From an uncultured Gemmatimonadaceae bacterium (GTDB taxonomy: Bacteria > Gemmatimonadota > Gemmatimonadetes > Gemmatimonadales > Gemmatimonadaceae), in NCBI GenBank assembly GCA_963740355.1, contig CAVUDW010000002.1:1184001-1248000 (forward strand): a stretch of DNA of 64,000 bases, in the 5' to 3' direction. The translations under genes were made by a program, and so were the position numbers. The notes beneath the pieces are model-generated. The model was not told the origin of the DNA and searched no databases. It was given only the letters and a program-made list of their open reading frames with translations. The number at the start of each line of letters is the position of its first letter. Within the stretch, counting starts at the first letter, position 1. Shown here piece by piece: positions 53,640 through 63,455 of the stretch.

Positions 53640-54377
53640 ATGCAGCTGATTCACGCCGCGAATACGCACGTGGGGATGGTCCGGACCGGGAACGAAGACG
53701 CCTATCTCGCCGAAGCGACCCCGGACCGCGGCATCTACATCGTGGCGGACGGAATGGGCGGGCATGCCGCCGGTGAAGTCGCGAGCGCAATGGCCGTCGA
53801 CATCATGAGCGAGGCCATGCGGAAGTCACGCCTGCCCTTGGTCGAACTGAAGGCCGTCGCAACCGAGGCCGTGCTCGACGCCAATCGGAAGATCTTCAAT
53901 CGCACCATCGAAGAGCCCGACAAGCACGGCATGGGAACGACGCTCACCACGATGATCGTCGGCGAAGGTCGCTACATGATTGCACACGTCGGCGACAGTC
54001 GTGTCTATCGCCTGCGCGGTGGTGAGCTTGAGCAGATCACGGTCGATCATTCGTATGTGCAGGAGCAGGTGGACGCCGGGTACCTCACGCCGGAACAGGC
54101 GCGATACCATCCGTTCAGCAACGTGATCACGCGTTGCGTCGGTGTCGCCACCGATGTCGAGCCGACGATCTACGAAGGTGAACTCGAGGACGGCGACCTG
54201 TACCTGCTGGCCACTGACGGGCTCACCGGCATGGTCGAGGACAAGGGGCTGCTGAAGATTCTCACGGCACGCAAGTCGCCCGGCCCGATGGTCGACGCGT
54301 TGCTCTGGGATGCCAATCGCGCGGGTGGCGTGGATAACATCACCGCCGTCGTCGTGCAGATCGCCACGGCGCGCTGA
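53640..54377 (+). CDS. PP2C-type Ser/Thr protein phosphatase (Stp1/PrpC-like)
   Basis: 'R..NED', VADGMGGH, GMGTT, HVGDSR, TDGL and GGVDNIT. Confidence 0.94.
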   Translation: MQLIHAANTHVGMVRTGNEDAYLAEATPDRGIYIVADGMGGHAAGEVASAMAVDIMSEAMRKSRLPLVELKAVATEAVLDANRKIFNRTIEEPDKHGMGTTLTTMIVGEGRYMIAHVGDSRVYRLRGGELEQITVDHSYVQEQVDAGYLTPEQARYHPFSNVITRCVGVATDVEPTIYEGELEDGDLYLLATDGLTGMVEDKGLLKILTARKSPGPMVDALLWDANRAGGVDNITAVVVQIATAR

Positions 54378-54381
54378 AGTG

Positions 54382-54600
54382 ATGGCAGGGCCGGAGACGC
54401 AGGACGACGGCGCAGCAGAAGTGCCCGCCAACGTTGGGCAGTTGGCCGAGCTCTATCTTGGCAACATTCTCTACGCCCTCGAGTGCACGGCACTTGGGCT
54501 GGAAGACGAGTCGAAGCCGGAAGATGCCGCGTTTTACCGTGGCATCGGACGCGCACTGGCCGATGCGCACGGTCGCCAGAAGACTTCGCCAACGTCCTGA
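54382..54600 (+). CDS. Small hypothetical helical protein (72 aa)
   Basis: ATG 4 nt after the PP2C stop. Protein-like composition, e.g. 'LAELYLGNILYALE'. Confidence 0.6.
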   Translation: MAGPETQDDGAAEVPANVGQLAELYLGNILYALECTALGLEDESKPEDAAFYRGIGRALADAHGRQKTSPTS

Positions 54601-54616
54601 CTGACGTCGAGGCAGC

Positions 54617-55264
54617 CTACCGCGAGCCTTTCCGCGTGCTGGTGTTCCGGTCGCTCGAATCGCGTGTGGTGTCTGCTTTTGGCGCCGTGCGACCGTCGGC
54701 CGGTGAATCGACCACCGTGCCGCCACGCCGGCTGGAATCGCCGCGCTGCATCGCTTCGCTCACGGAATCCTTCGTCTTGCGACGCGCCCGCTTTTCCGCG
54801 ATGCCCACGTACGCCGCCTGATCCTGCATCTCTTCGCGCCCGACGTATATGCCGTCGGTGAAGCGGTAGCCCTGGTCCCAGGGATAGGTGGAGCCGCGGA
54901 TGATGTATTCGCCGCTCCAGTTGCGGTACCAGCCCGTGAGCACGAATCGCCCCGGCAACGGCTTGATCTCAGCCGGACAGGTGGCGTCATCCACGATCAT
55001 CGCACGTTCTGCGGCAACCAGCGAATCGCGCCACGCGGGCACGCCGTCCATGAACGGGTTGATCGAGCAACCATCGATCGGCAGTGTATCCCGCGACACG
55101 GTACGCGCGCGGACCAGCTCGCGCAGATACCCGACACGTTCTTCCGCCGTCGCCTTGAACGCGCGGTCGCAACCAGCCACTCCTGCGAACAACGCAACCA
55201 GGGCGACGACTCGAACGGCGGCAGCGGGCATGGATGCTGGAAGCGGGAGAGGTCGAAACATCAC
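54617..55264 (-). CDS. Hypothetical lipoprotein
   Basis: Lipobox VAGC after a hydrophobic stretch. Lies 6 nt downstream of the HD-protein gene. Confidence 0.65.
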   Translation of the reverse strand: MMFRPLPLPASMPAAAVRVVALVALFAGVAGCDRAFKATAEERVGYLRELVRARTVSRDTLPIDGCSINPFMDGVPAWRDSLVAAERAMIVDDATCPAEIKPLPGRFVLTGWYRNWSGEYIIRGSTYPWDQGYRFTDGIYVGREEMQDQAAYVGIAEKRARRKTKDSVSEAMQRGDSSRRGGTVVDSPADGRTAPKADTTRDSSDRNTSTRKGSR

Positions 55265-55270
55265 TCGAGA

Positions 55271-56539
55271 TCAGGGCAGCAGTGGTCGCCCGTCCGCCAG
55301 CGCTGCACGAATTGTCGCGGCGTCAGACGTGACGAGCGTCCACAACTGATCAACGTTCACCGGCACACGTCGCGCAGCAAACACACGAAGCCAACGCGCT
55401 GAGTGATACAACTGTTGGCTCAATGCTGGCAAGTTCAACGCGCCAGCCAACCCCGCGCTGGTGAGATGTTCCACGGTGCCGTTGCGGCGCAGCACCGGAA
55501 GGTCTACACCGAGCATCTGCGTCTTGATCGGATAGTCGAGCAGGACCTCACCGGGCGCGAGGCCGAGTTCGATCGCGAGCCGGTCCTCCACCGCGATGGA
55601 GAGTGCACGATCCGATGCGATCCATTCCCCCGCCTCTTCACCCAACTCAGCCGCGGACCACTGCGCGAGGCGCTTGTACAGTCGACGCTCGCGCAGTGCC
55701 ATCAGCAGCGGCGGCGCGACCGGCAGCAGAGCGTGCAGCAGCCCTTCGTCAGTCCAGTCCGCAAGCCCGTCGAGACGGAGCTTACCCGACAGCAGTGCAT
55801 CGTCCACCAAGCGCTTGTACATCGCCGTGGCGCTGCGTACCGCGTGATGCCAGTAGATGTTGCGATACATCTGGTATTTCGCGAACAACAACGATTCGAG
55901 CGCGCTCAGCCCTTTCTCCATGATGCCGACTCCCGGGCGACCACCATCGGGATCAGACACGATCACGACGCTGTCCAGCAGCCGGTCGACATCCACCTCG
56001 CCGTACGGCACGCCGCACATCATCGCGTCGCGCTTGAGGTAGTCGATCTTGTCGAGATCGATCGAGCCGGAGACGAGGCCCTGCAGCGGGCCGATGTCGG
56101 TGCCGTGCATCATGGCCAGCACGCGCGCTGGTGCATCAGGGCCCAGTGCGGCCGTCAACGCGTCCGCCACAGCGCCAGTGGTGATGCGCGGTGCTGCCGC
56201 ACTCTCGTGGTTCAGCGCGCCGATCTCTTCCAGCGCGTGGCTGAATGGATAGTGCCCCACATCGTGCAACAGCATTGCCGCGGCCGTCAGGTCGCGCTCG
56301 ATGGGATCGACGTTGGCCAACTCGCCACGTTCCTCGAGCAGCGTGATGGTGCGTCGTGCCATGTGATGCGCGCCGAGGGCATGCTCGAAGCGTGAGTGTG
56401 TGGCACCGGGGTACACCAGAAATGCGTAACCAAGCTGGCGCACGTACCGTAGCCGCTGCATGGCCGGTGTATCGACCAGGGTCAGCGCCAGTGGATCGAG
56501 GCGGATGTTGTTCCAGAGTGGATCGCGAATGACTTTCAC
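55271..56539 (-). CDS. HD-domain phosphohydrolase (YwfO/SAMHD1-like dNTPase family)
   Basis: 'IRDPLW', 'QRLRYVRQLG...VYPGATHSRFEHALG', 'LLHDVGHYPFSH', 'DLDKIDYL.RD' and 'MYRNIYWH'. Confidence 0.92.
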   Translation of the reverse strand: MKVIRDPLWNNIRLDPLALTLVDTPAMQRLRYVRQLGYAFLVYPGATHSRFEHALGAHHMARRTITLLEERGELANVDPIERDLTAAAMLLHDVGHYPFSHALEEIGALNHESAAAPRITTGAVADALTAALGPDAPARVLAMMHGTDIGPLQGLVSGSIDLDKIDYLKRDAMMCGVPYGEVDVDRLLDSVVIVSDPDGGRPGVGIMEKGLSALESLLFAKYQMYRNIYWHHAVRSATAMYKRLVDDALLSGKLRLDGLADWTDEGLLHALLPVAPPLLMALRERRLYKRLAQWSAAELGEEAGEWIASDRALSIAVEDRLAIELGLAPGEVLLDYPIKTQMLGVDLPVLRRNGTVEHLTSAGLAGALNLPALSQQLYHSARWLRVFAARRVPVNVDQLWTLVTSDAATIRAALADGRPLLP

Positions 56540-56583
56540 GTGCGTGACTCTGAGTGACGCTGTGGAACTGCAGGGACTGCAGG

Positions 56584-56623
56584 AAAAGACGACGAGGGCG
56601 CCCACAGGTGAGCGCCCTCGTCG
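56584..56623 (-). terminator. Rho-independent terminator after pckA
   Basis: Minus strand reads cgacgagggcgc-tcacctgtgg-gcgccctcgtcg-tctttt. Confidence 0.75.
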
Positions 56624-56657
56624 AAGTTACCGGAAACCGTTCCGGAGTTGCGAAGGA

Positions 56658-58268
56658 TCAACCAGTCGGACCGGCGTTCGCGATCAGCGCCGAGACCTGC
56701 GTGCCGAACTTTGCAAAGTTCTCGCGGAACATCGCGGCCAACTTGCGGGCCTGCACATCATATGACTCACCGTCCGGCCAGGTGCCGCGGGCGTTGAGCA
56801 CGGTCGCGGGGACATCCGGCACGGCATTCGGCACGGCCAGCCCGAAGATCGGGTCGGTCGTCGTCGCAGCGTCATCCAACGCGCCGGCAAGGGCGGCTCG
56901 CACCATCGAACGCGTGTGCGACAGCTTCATGCGCTTGCCCGTGCCGTAGGCGCCGCCGCTCCAGCCGGTATTCACCAGCCAGACCTTCGCGTCGTGCTGC
57001 CGCAGCAATTCGCCCAGCATCTCGGCGTACTTGGTGGGGTGCCAGACCATGAACACGGCACCGAAGCAGGCGCTGAAGGTGGCCTGCGGTTCATTCACGC
57101 CCGTCTCCGTGCCGGCAACCTTCGCCGTGTAGCCGGAGAGGAAGTAGTACATGGCCTGTTCCGGCGTGAGCCGCGAAATCGGCGGCAGCACACCGAAGGC
57201 ATCGGCCGTGAGGAAGATCACGTGTTTCGGATGCCCACCGCGGCCGCTCGGCACATGATTCTTGATGTAGTGCAGCGGGTACGAGGCGCGGGTGTTCTCG
57301 GTGATGCTCTGGTCGTCGAAGCGTACGCGACGCTGTTCGTCCAGCACCACGTTCTCGAGCACGGTGCCGAACATCTGCGTGGTCGCATAGATGTCTGGCT
57401 CCTGCTCGGGGCTGAGGTTGATCGCCTTGGCGTAACAGCCCCCCTCGAAGTTGAACACGCCGTCACCAGCCCAGCCATGTTCATCGTCACCGATCAATCC
57501 GCGATCGGGGTCGGCGGACAGTGTCGTCTTGCCGGTGCCCGAGAGACCAAAGAACAACGCGCAGTCATCCTTCGGACCGATGTTGGCGGAGCAGTGCATC
57601 GGCAGCACGCCCTGCGTCGGCATCAGGTAGTTCATGATCGTGAACATCGCCTTCTTCAGCTCGCCGGCGTAGCGCGTGCCGCCGATCAGGATCATGCGCC
57701 GCGCGATGTGCACCACGATGAATGTGCCGCAGCGTGTGCCATGTTTTGCCGGCGACGCCTGGTACTCCGGTGCGTGCAGCACGCTGAAGTTCGGCGCGAA
57801 CTGTGCCAGCTCGTGCAGTTCAGGACGGATGAACATGTTGCGGACGAAATGTGCGTGCCACGCATTGGGCGTGACGTAACGCACACTGAGGCGATGCCCC
57901 GGATGTGCACCGCAATAGAGGTCCTGCACGAACAGCTCATCGAGGCCGTTCAGGTGTTCGCGGACATCGGCGAGGAGCACGTCGAAATGCGCCTCGTCGA
58001 TCGGCATGTTCACCGTGCCCCAGTCGACGTTCGCCTCGGAACTGGGTTCACGAACGACGAACTTGTCCTTGGGCGACCGGCCGGTGTGCGGGCTGGTGAC
58101 GGCGACGAACGGGCCCATGTCGGCAAGCGTGCCTTCATTGCGGCGGCAAGCGGCCTGGACGAGTTCCGGCGCGACGAGGTTCCAGTGCAAGGAGCCGCTG
58201 GGCGCGAGGCCCTGCTCAGCAAGCCCGTGGGCGCTCGAGCGGGTTTGCGGCTCAGTCTGCGTAGCCAT
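56658..58268 (-). CDS. pckA: Phosphoenolpyruvate carboxykinase (ATP)
   Basis: TGRSPKDKF, YAGELKK, MHCSAN, FFGLSGTGKTTLS, GDDEHGW, NFEGGCYAK and ENTRASY. Confidence 0.97.
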   Translation of the reverse strand: MATQTEPQTRSSAHGLAEQGLAPSGSLHWNLVAPELVQAACRRNEGTLADMGPFVAVTSPHTGRSPKDKFVVREPSSEANVDWGTVNMPIDEAHFDVLLADVREHLNGLDELFVQDLYCGAHPGHRLSVRYVTPNAWHAHFVRNMFIRPELHELAQFAPNFSVLHAPEYQASPAKHGTRCGTFIVVHIARRMILIGGTRYAGELKKAMFTIMNYLMPTQGVLPMHCSANIGPKDDCALFFGLSGTGKTTLSADPDRGLIGDDEHGWAGDGVFNFEGGCYAKAINLSPEQEPDIYATTQMFGTVLENVVLDEQRRVRFDDQSITENTRASYPLHYIKNHVPSGRGGHPKHVIFLTADAFGVLPPISRLTPEQAMYYFLSGYTAKVAGTETGVNEPQATFSACFGAVFMVWHPTKYAEMLGELLRQHDAKVWLVNTGWSGGAYGTGKRMKLSHTRSMVRAALAGALDDAATTTDPIFGLAVPNAVPDVPATVLNARGTWPDGESYDVQARKLAAMFRENFAKFGTQVSALIANAGPTG

Positions 58269-58457
58269 ATGGCGGAAGTGGTGTGGGAAGAAACGCCTGA
58301 AACGCCGCCGTCCCGAGGGGTCAGCTAGCGTGTCCTGCGGATCGGACAAAAACTAACGAAAACGCAACAGGCGGGGGGCCGTGCCGCGCGATCCAACGCA
58401 ACCAGTACCGCCGTCGTGCGCGGGAGTGTCGGCGTCCGACTTGCGGCGGAGTACTGG

Positions 58458-58479
58458 TAGTGATATCGTGAAATCAATA
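58458..58479. promoter_or_regulatory. AT-rich imperfect palindrome, candidate Fur-family (Zur-like) operator
   Basis: TAGTGATATCG|TGAAATCAATA (8 of 11 pairs), about 110 nt upstream of the ZnuD-like receptor. Confidence 0.45.
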
Positions 58480-58587
58480 ACAATGGATGCTGGCGGTTTC
58501 GGTGCGGGCGCAGACGGACTCCCTCCGACCGACTGCCACAGCAACGAAAGCGCACTCCATCGACGTTCCCGCCCCATTTCCGCAACC

Positions 58588-60852
58588 ATGACGCTCCTGA
58601 CACCCCGCCGCCTGACCCGCGCGATCGTCGCGCTGATCTCGATCAGCCTGCTCGGAATGCCCGAGGTTGCGGCCGCTGCCAGCTTTGGCCCGCCGATCCG
58701 TGGCAGCGTCGTCGACAGCAGCGGTGCGCCGATTTCGAACGTGCAAGTTGTCGCCACCGAACTGCAGCGCGTGGTAGTGACGGACGGCGATGGAAAGTTC
58801 GTCTTCGTCGGCGCACCGGTTGGCACAGTGCACCTCTCGTTCGTGGCCGTGGGATACGCGCCGGTGCATGAGGTGGTCATCGTCAGCGCATCGGTCGAGA
58901 TGGTTGCGGTGCGGGTCGTCATGCGGCGCACCGCGCTCCGGCTCGCGGGGGTTCAGATCACCGCCTCGCCGACTGGCACAGACCCGCTCAGTGTGACGCA
59001 GTCCACCATTCAGCTCAGCGGCAAGGACCTGCAGCGGCAACTCGGTGCCAGCGTGGCGCAGACACTCTCCTCGGAGCCCGGTGTGGCGATGCGCTTCAAC
59101 GGACCTATGGCCAACGTGCCGGTCGTGCGCGGGCTCACGGGCGAACGCATCCTCACGCTGCAGGATGGCGAGCGGGTGGCGGACCTCGCATCGGCGGCGC
59201 CTGATCACGCGTTCGTCGCAGATCCGAACAGCGCCGAGCGCATCGAGGTGATTCGTGGCCCGGCATCACTGCTCTACGGTAATTCGGCGATCGGTGGCGT
59301 GGTGAACGTGATCTCAGGCGACATCCCGACGTCGGTACCGTCGCGGATTGGTGGCTACGTCAACGGACAGTCGGAGTCGGTCACGCCTGGTGGCGTGGGG
59401 AGCCTGGGACTCAACATCCCGCTGGGTGAGCACTTTGCGGCCACGATTCGCGGCACCTATCGCGACCAGTCGTCGTACCGCACCGGCGACGGCGGCGGCG
59501 CGCAGCCAAACACCGACGCGCGCTCCTGGAATGGCACAGCTGGATTGGGCTTCGTCGGCAGTGCGATCTCGGCAGGCATCGTGTATCGCCAGAGCGACTT
59601 CAACTACGGTATCCCATTCGCACCCGGTGGCGAGCAGGTTCGCATCGATGGTGTGCGACGCGGGTTGCAGGCGCGTGCCGGCGTGTCGACTGGCCAACAT
59701 GCGTTGAGCTATCTGCGCTTCGAGGGTACGGCGCAGTGGTACTCGCATGACGAGGTGGCGGTCGAGGACGGTTCGATCGGGACCAGCTTCAACCTCAAGG
59801 CGCAAACGGCATCGGTGACGGGAAAGACGCAGTTCGGTCGCGTCAGCGGGTCGATCGGCACACAGGTATTCCTGCGCCAGTATCAGCCTCTTGGCGACGA
59901 GGCGTTCACGCCGGCAGCCAACAACACCAACTTCGCTGGGTATGTGTACCAGGAAGTTCCGCTGGTGACGGGCCGTAGCGAGTCACGGACACCGCGCCTG
60001 CAGGTCGGCGGTCGGTTCGACACGTTCACCCTCGATGCGAAGGCCGGCACCGACCCGCGTTTCAGTGTGGCGCGCTCGCGCACCTTCAGGAATGGCAGCG
60101 GATCGCTTGGCATTTCAGTGCCGTTCGCCGAGCACTTCACCTTCAGTGGCAGCGCCGCGCGTGCATTCCGGGCGCCCACCGTCGAGGAGCTCTACGCAAA
60201 CGGCTTTCACGCCGCCGTCGGCACGTTCGACATCGGCAACGCGTCACTGAAGCCGGAGACGAGCCTTGGCCTCGATGCCGTGCTGCGTGCGCAGAGTCGC
60301 CGCGGTTTCATGCAGTTCTCCACGTATCGCAATGCGATCGACGACTACATCCTGCCACTGTCGCAGGGGCAGGTCGAAGTGGACGGCGACTCGGTGCCGC
60401 TGGTGAACATCGCGCAGCGGAACGCGACACTGATCGGCTTCGAATTCTCCGGAGAGACCGAGATCGCCAATCATTTCGTGCTCGGTGCGTTGGCCGATGC
60501 AGTCCGGGGACGCGGCCCGTCGGGCACCAGCCTGCCATTCATCCCAGCCGCTCGCGTCGGGTTGTCACTGCGCCACGATACCGGCACCCTTGGGTACGGG
60601 GCTGATGTGCGGCATGTGTTCAACCAGACGCGTGTGGCCGCGGACAATGCGCGCGACGTGCCGACCGACTCGTACACGCTGTTCAACCTGAACGCCTCCT
60701 GGAGCATCCCGTCGAAGCGCACCGTGCAGACACTCACGCTGCGAGTCGACAACCTGCTCGACGAGCGGTACGCCGATGCGACCAGCCGGATCAAGGCCTT
60801 CACCGCCAATCCGGGACGCAATGTCTCCGTGGTCTATCGACTCGGCTTCTGA
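58588..60852 (+). CDS. TonB-dependent receptor, ZnuD-like metal uptake subfamily
   Basis: 'PVVRGL.GER', 'PDHA', 'ERIEVIRGPASLLYG..AIGGVVN', 'RAPTVEELYANGFH' and C-terminal 'PGRNVSVVYRLGF'. Confidence 0.9.
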   Translation: MTLLTPRRLTRAIVALISISLLGMPEVAAAASFGPPIRGSVVDSSGAPISNVQVVATELQRVVVTDGDGKFVFVGAPVGTVHLSFVAVGYAPVHEVVIVSASVEMVAVRVVMRRTALRLAGVQITASPTGTDPLSVTQSTIQLSGKDLQRQLGASVAQTLSSEPGVAMRFNGPMANVPVVRGLTGERILTLQDGERVADLASAAPDHAFVADPNSAERIEVIRGPASLLYGNSAIGGVVNVISGDIPTSVPSRIGGYVNGQSESVTPGGVGSLGLNIPLGEHFAATIRGTYRDQSSYRTGDGGGAQPNTDARSWNGTAGLGFVGSAISAGIVYRQSDFNYGIPFAPGGEQVRIDGVRRGLQARAGVSTGQHALSYLRFEGTAQWYSHDEVAVEDGSIGTSFNLKAQTASVTGKTQFGRVSGSIGTQVFLRQYQPLGDEAFTPAANNTNFAGYVYQEVPLVTGRSESRTPRLQVGGRFDTFTLDAKAGTDPRFSVARSRTFRNGSGSLGISVPFAEHFTFSGSAARAFRAPTVEELYANGFHAAVGTFDIGNASLKPETSLGLDAVLRAQSRRGFMQFSTYRNAIDDYILPLSQGQVEVDGDSVPLVNIAQRNATLIGFEFSGETEIANHFVLGALADAVRGRGPSGTSLPFIPAARVGLSLRHDTGTLGYGADVRHVFNQTRVAADNARDVPTDSYTLFNLNASWSIPSKRTVQTLTLRVDNLLDERYADATSRIKAFTANPGRNVSVVYRLGF

Positions 60853-60873
60853 CCGTAGATTCGGCTTCTGAAG

Positions 60874-60910
60874 GACCGGCGGTTGCGTGCGTGGCGCGCA
60901 ACCGCCCGTC
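60874..60910. terminator. GC hairpin between convergent genes (possible terminator)
   Basis: ggcggttgcgtgc-gtg-gcgcgcaaccgcc. No clear U tract. Confidence 0.45.
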
Positions 60911-60972
60911 CGATTCACTCAGGCGCCCGCTGTGCGAGGGCTGGTCCTGTTCCGTTCGACCGCGCGACTAGC

Positions 60973-62187
60973 TCACGCCGAGCGCATTGCCAGCAGCCTG
61001 TTGAGCATCGTGCGGTCCGTGCGGGTGGCGTCATCCAGCTTCGGCGTCTCGAGGATCTTGACGGTATGCGCGAAGCGCGGATCCGTCATGATGCGCTTGA
61101 AGGGCGCATCGCCGAGTGACCCCTCGCCGATCAGCTCGTGCCGATCGCGGTGGCTGTTGAACGGCGTCTTGGAATCGTTCAGGTGCCAGACGCGCAGTCG
61201 ATCGAGGCCGAGGATGCGATCGAACTGCGCCATCACACCGTCGAAGTCCGTCACTATGTCGTAGCCGGCCGAGTAGATGTGGCAGGTGTCGACGCACACC
61301 CCGACGCGGGCACGGAGCCCGGCGGGAAGGCCGGCGATGATGGCGGCCAGTTCCTCGAACGTCGCGCCGAGCGCGGTACCGGTGCCCGCCGTCGTCTCGA
61401 GGCAGAGGATCGTGTCGCCAGGTTCGTCGTGCAGCGCCTGTGCGATCGCGGCCGCATTGCGAGCGATGCCTGCGTCGCGATCATCCATGTAGTTCCCCGG
61501 ATGCGACACCAGGTACTGAATACCGAGCGCGTGGCAGCGCCGCAGTTCCGTGGCAAAACTCTCGATGGAGCGCGCGCGCTGGTCGTCGTCGGGGGAGGCG
61601 AGGTTGATCAGGTAGCTGTCATGTGACACCGTCACCGGCGAGCCCGCCTCGCGCAGTGCCGCGCGGAATGCCGCGGCCTCGGCCGCGTCGATCTCGCGCT
61701 CCTTCCACTGGTTGGGCGTCTTGGTGAAGAGCTGCAGCGCGGTGGCGCCGATCTCCAGCGCCCGCGGCGGGGCTGCGAACGACCCACCCTGCGAGCTGAC
61801 ATGCGTGCCGATCAGCACCCCTGCCGGTGGCTGCGGCAGCGGCGGCAGTACATCCGACACGTCGTCGCGTCGCTTCGGCACCAGCGGGTTCGCCGGCTTC
61901 TTCAGTGCGACTTTCGCGACGGCGGCGTGCTTCGCGGCAGGCTTTGCAACGGACGGCCTGGAAGCAGGGGACTGCTTCGCGGTCGACTTCTTCGCGATCA
62001 CCTTCTTCGTCGTCACTTTCTTCGCGGTCACGTTCTTCGCAGTCACTTTCTTGGCAGTCACTTTCTTGGCAGTCACTTTCTCAGCCATTGCTTTGTTTCC
62101 GCTCTGCTTCGCAGTTGCAGTTCCTCTGCGCCTCTGCGTCTCTGCGATTCGCAGTTTCCCCGACGACTTCTTCTTCGCAGCCATCAC
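60973..62187 (-). CDS. nfo: Endonuclease IV with a Lys/Ala-rich histone-like N-terminal extension of about 110 aa
   Basis: Zn ligands are present in SHDSYLINL, HPG, LETTAG, DTCH, HLNDSK, DRH and LETP. Confidence 0.94.
   Translation of the reverse strand: MMAAKKKSSGKLRIAETQRRRGTATAKQSGNKAMAEKVTAKKVTAKKVTAKNVTAKKVTTKKVIAKKSTAKQSPASRPSVAKPAAKHAAVAKVALKKPANPLVPKRRDDVSDVLPPLPQPPAGVLIGTHVSSQGGSFAAPPRALEIGATALQLFTKTPNQWKEREIDAAEAAAFRAALREAGSPVTVSHDSYLINLASPDDDQRARSIESFATELRRCHALGIQYLVSHPGNYMDDRDAGIARNAAAIAQALHDEPGDTILCLETTAGTGTALGATFEELAAIIAGLPAGLRARVGVCVDTCHIYSAGYDIVTDFDGVMAQFDRILGLDRLRVWHLNDSKTPFNSHRDRHELIGEGSLGDAPFKRIMTDPRFAHTVKILETPKLDDATRTDRTMLNRLLAMRSA
61966..62086 (-). repeat. 15-bp tandem repeat encoding about 8 AKKVT-like pentapeptides
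   Basis: Peptide AEKVT AKKVT AKKVT AKNVT AKKVT TKKVI AKKST AKQSP. Perfect gcagtcactttcttg units at about 62039-62081. Confidence 0.9.
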
Positions 62188-63441
62188 TCAGCGCCCTCGC
62201 AGCCAGTCCAGTGGGTCGACCGCGGCGCCCTTCGAGCGACGGATCTCGAAGTGCAGGTGCGGCGGCATGTCAGGGTCGGACGTACCAACGGTGCCGATGG
62301 ACTGACCCTTCGTCACCTTCGCGCCCTTCGCCACGTTGGCCGACGCCAGTGAGCCGTACACGGAGTAGTCGCCGGCGCCGTGCTGCACGATGACCGTCAT
62401 GCCATAGGTGCCGATGTTTTCCGACACCACCACTTCGCCGCCGGCGATCGCCTTCACCGGTGTGCCGCGCGCGGTCTGGATGCCGATGCCGTTCCACCGC
62501 AGTGTCGTGTTTTCGGGCGTCACGGTGCGGCCGAAGCGGTAGAGAATCGTGCCATCCACCGGCCAGTCGAGTCGACCGAAGTCGGCGGTGCGGATCGTGC
62601 TCGCCGCCGGCGCTGCGCTGCGAGCCGTGACAGCGGGACGACCGGCGGCAGTCGGCGCGGCGGTGCTGGCCGAAGCGGCGGCGGCTTCCGCACGGCGGCG
62701 CACATCCTCGAGGTTCGCGATCACGCCGCGCAGGCGACCTTCCGAGCGCTCGATTTCCGCGAGCCGGCTTCGCACCACCTGCGTCTGCTGCTGCGCCTGC
62801 GAAATGCTGCGACCACGCTGCGCCTCGAGAGAACGCAAGCGATCCTCTTCCTGCGCCTTCTCCTGCTTGCTGCGCTCGATGTCTTCCTGCAAGCGCACCA
62901 TCTGCCCACGCTGGCGGGCGATCTGGTCGCGCAATCGTTCCACACTCGAGACCAGCGTGCGGTCGCGCAGCGTCAGCGCGTGCAGGATCTTGTACCGCGC
63001 CACGAGGCCACCAAAACTCTCGGCGGAGAGCAGCACTTCGAGATTGTAGAGCGGACCGCGCTTGTACACATCGCGCAGTCGTCGCTGCAGGACCGCCTTC
63101 TTGGTGGTCAGCTCGTCCTCGGCGCTGGCCAAGCTCGAGGTGGCGTCGAGCACCTCGTCCTCGATCCCCTGCAGCTGTGTATCGAGCGACTTCACCACGC
63201 GTGCGGTGGCGTCGGCCTGCAAGGCGATGTTGCGCTTCTCCTCGGACAGGTCATGCACGGTGCCCTGCAGTTCCTGCATGCGCCGCTGCAGCGCCGCGCG
63301 CTCGTTGCGGATGCGATCCAGCTCCGCACGCTGCGCCGCAATGCGCTGCGACGAAGGCACCGATTGCGCACTGGCCGCGAGCGGGATCGACGCCAACAGC
63401 GCCGCCAGCACCACACAGCGCCACGTTGCGAACCGCTCCAT
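62188..63441 (-). CDS. envC: Murein hydrolase activator EnvC (coiled coil plus degenerate M23 domain)
   Basis: Signal peptide, long coiled coil, and 'LDWPVDG...WNGIGI...YG..VIVQH...LHFEIR...VDPLDWL'. Downstream of ftsX. Confidence 0.88.
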   Translation of the reverse strand: MERFATWRCVVLAALLASIPLAASAQSVPSSQRIAAQRAELDRIRNERAALQRRMQELQGTVHDLSEEKRNIALQADATARVVKSLDTQLQGIEDEVLDATSSLASAEDELTTKKAVLQRRLRDVYKRGPLYNLEVLLSAESFGGLVARYKILHALTLRDRTLVSSVERLRDQIARQRGQMVRLQEDIERSKQEKAQEEDRLRSLEAQRGRSISQAQQQTQVVRSRLAEIERSEGRLRGVIANLEDVRRRAEAAAASASTAAPTAAGRPAVTARSAAPAASTIRTADFGRLDWPVDGTILYRFGRTVTPENTTLRWNGIGIQTARGTPVKAIAGGEVVVSENIGTYGMTVIVQHGAGDYSVYGSLASANVAKGAKVTKGQSIGTVGTSDPDMPPHLHFEIRRSKGAAVDPLDWLRGR

Positions 63442-63455
63442 CACAGGCCCGCAGC

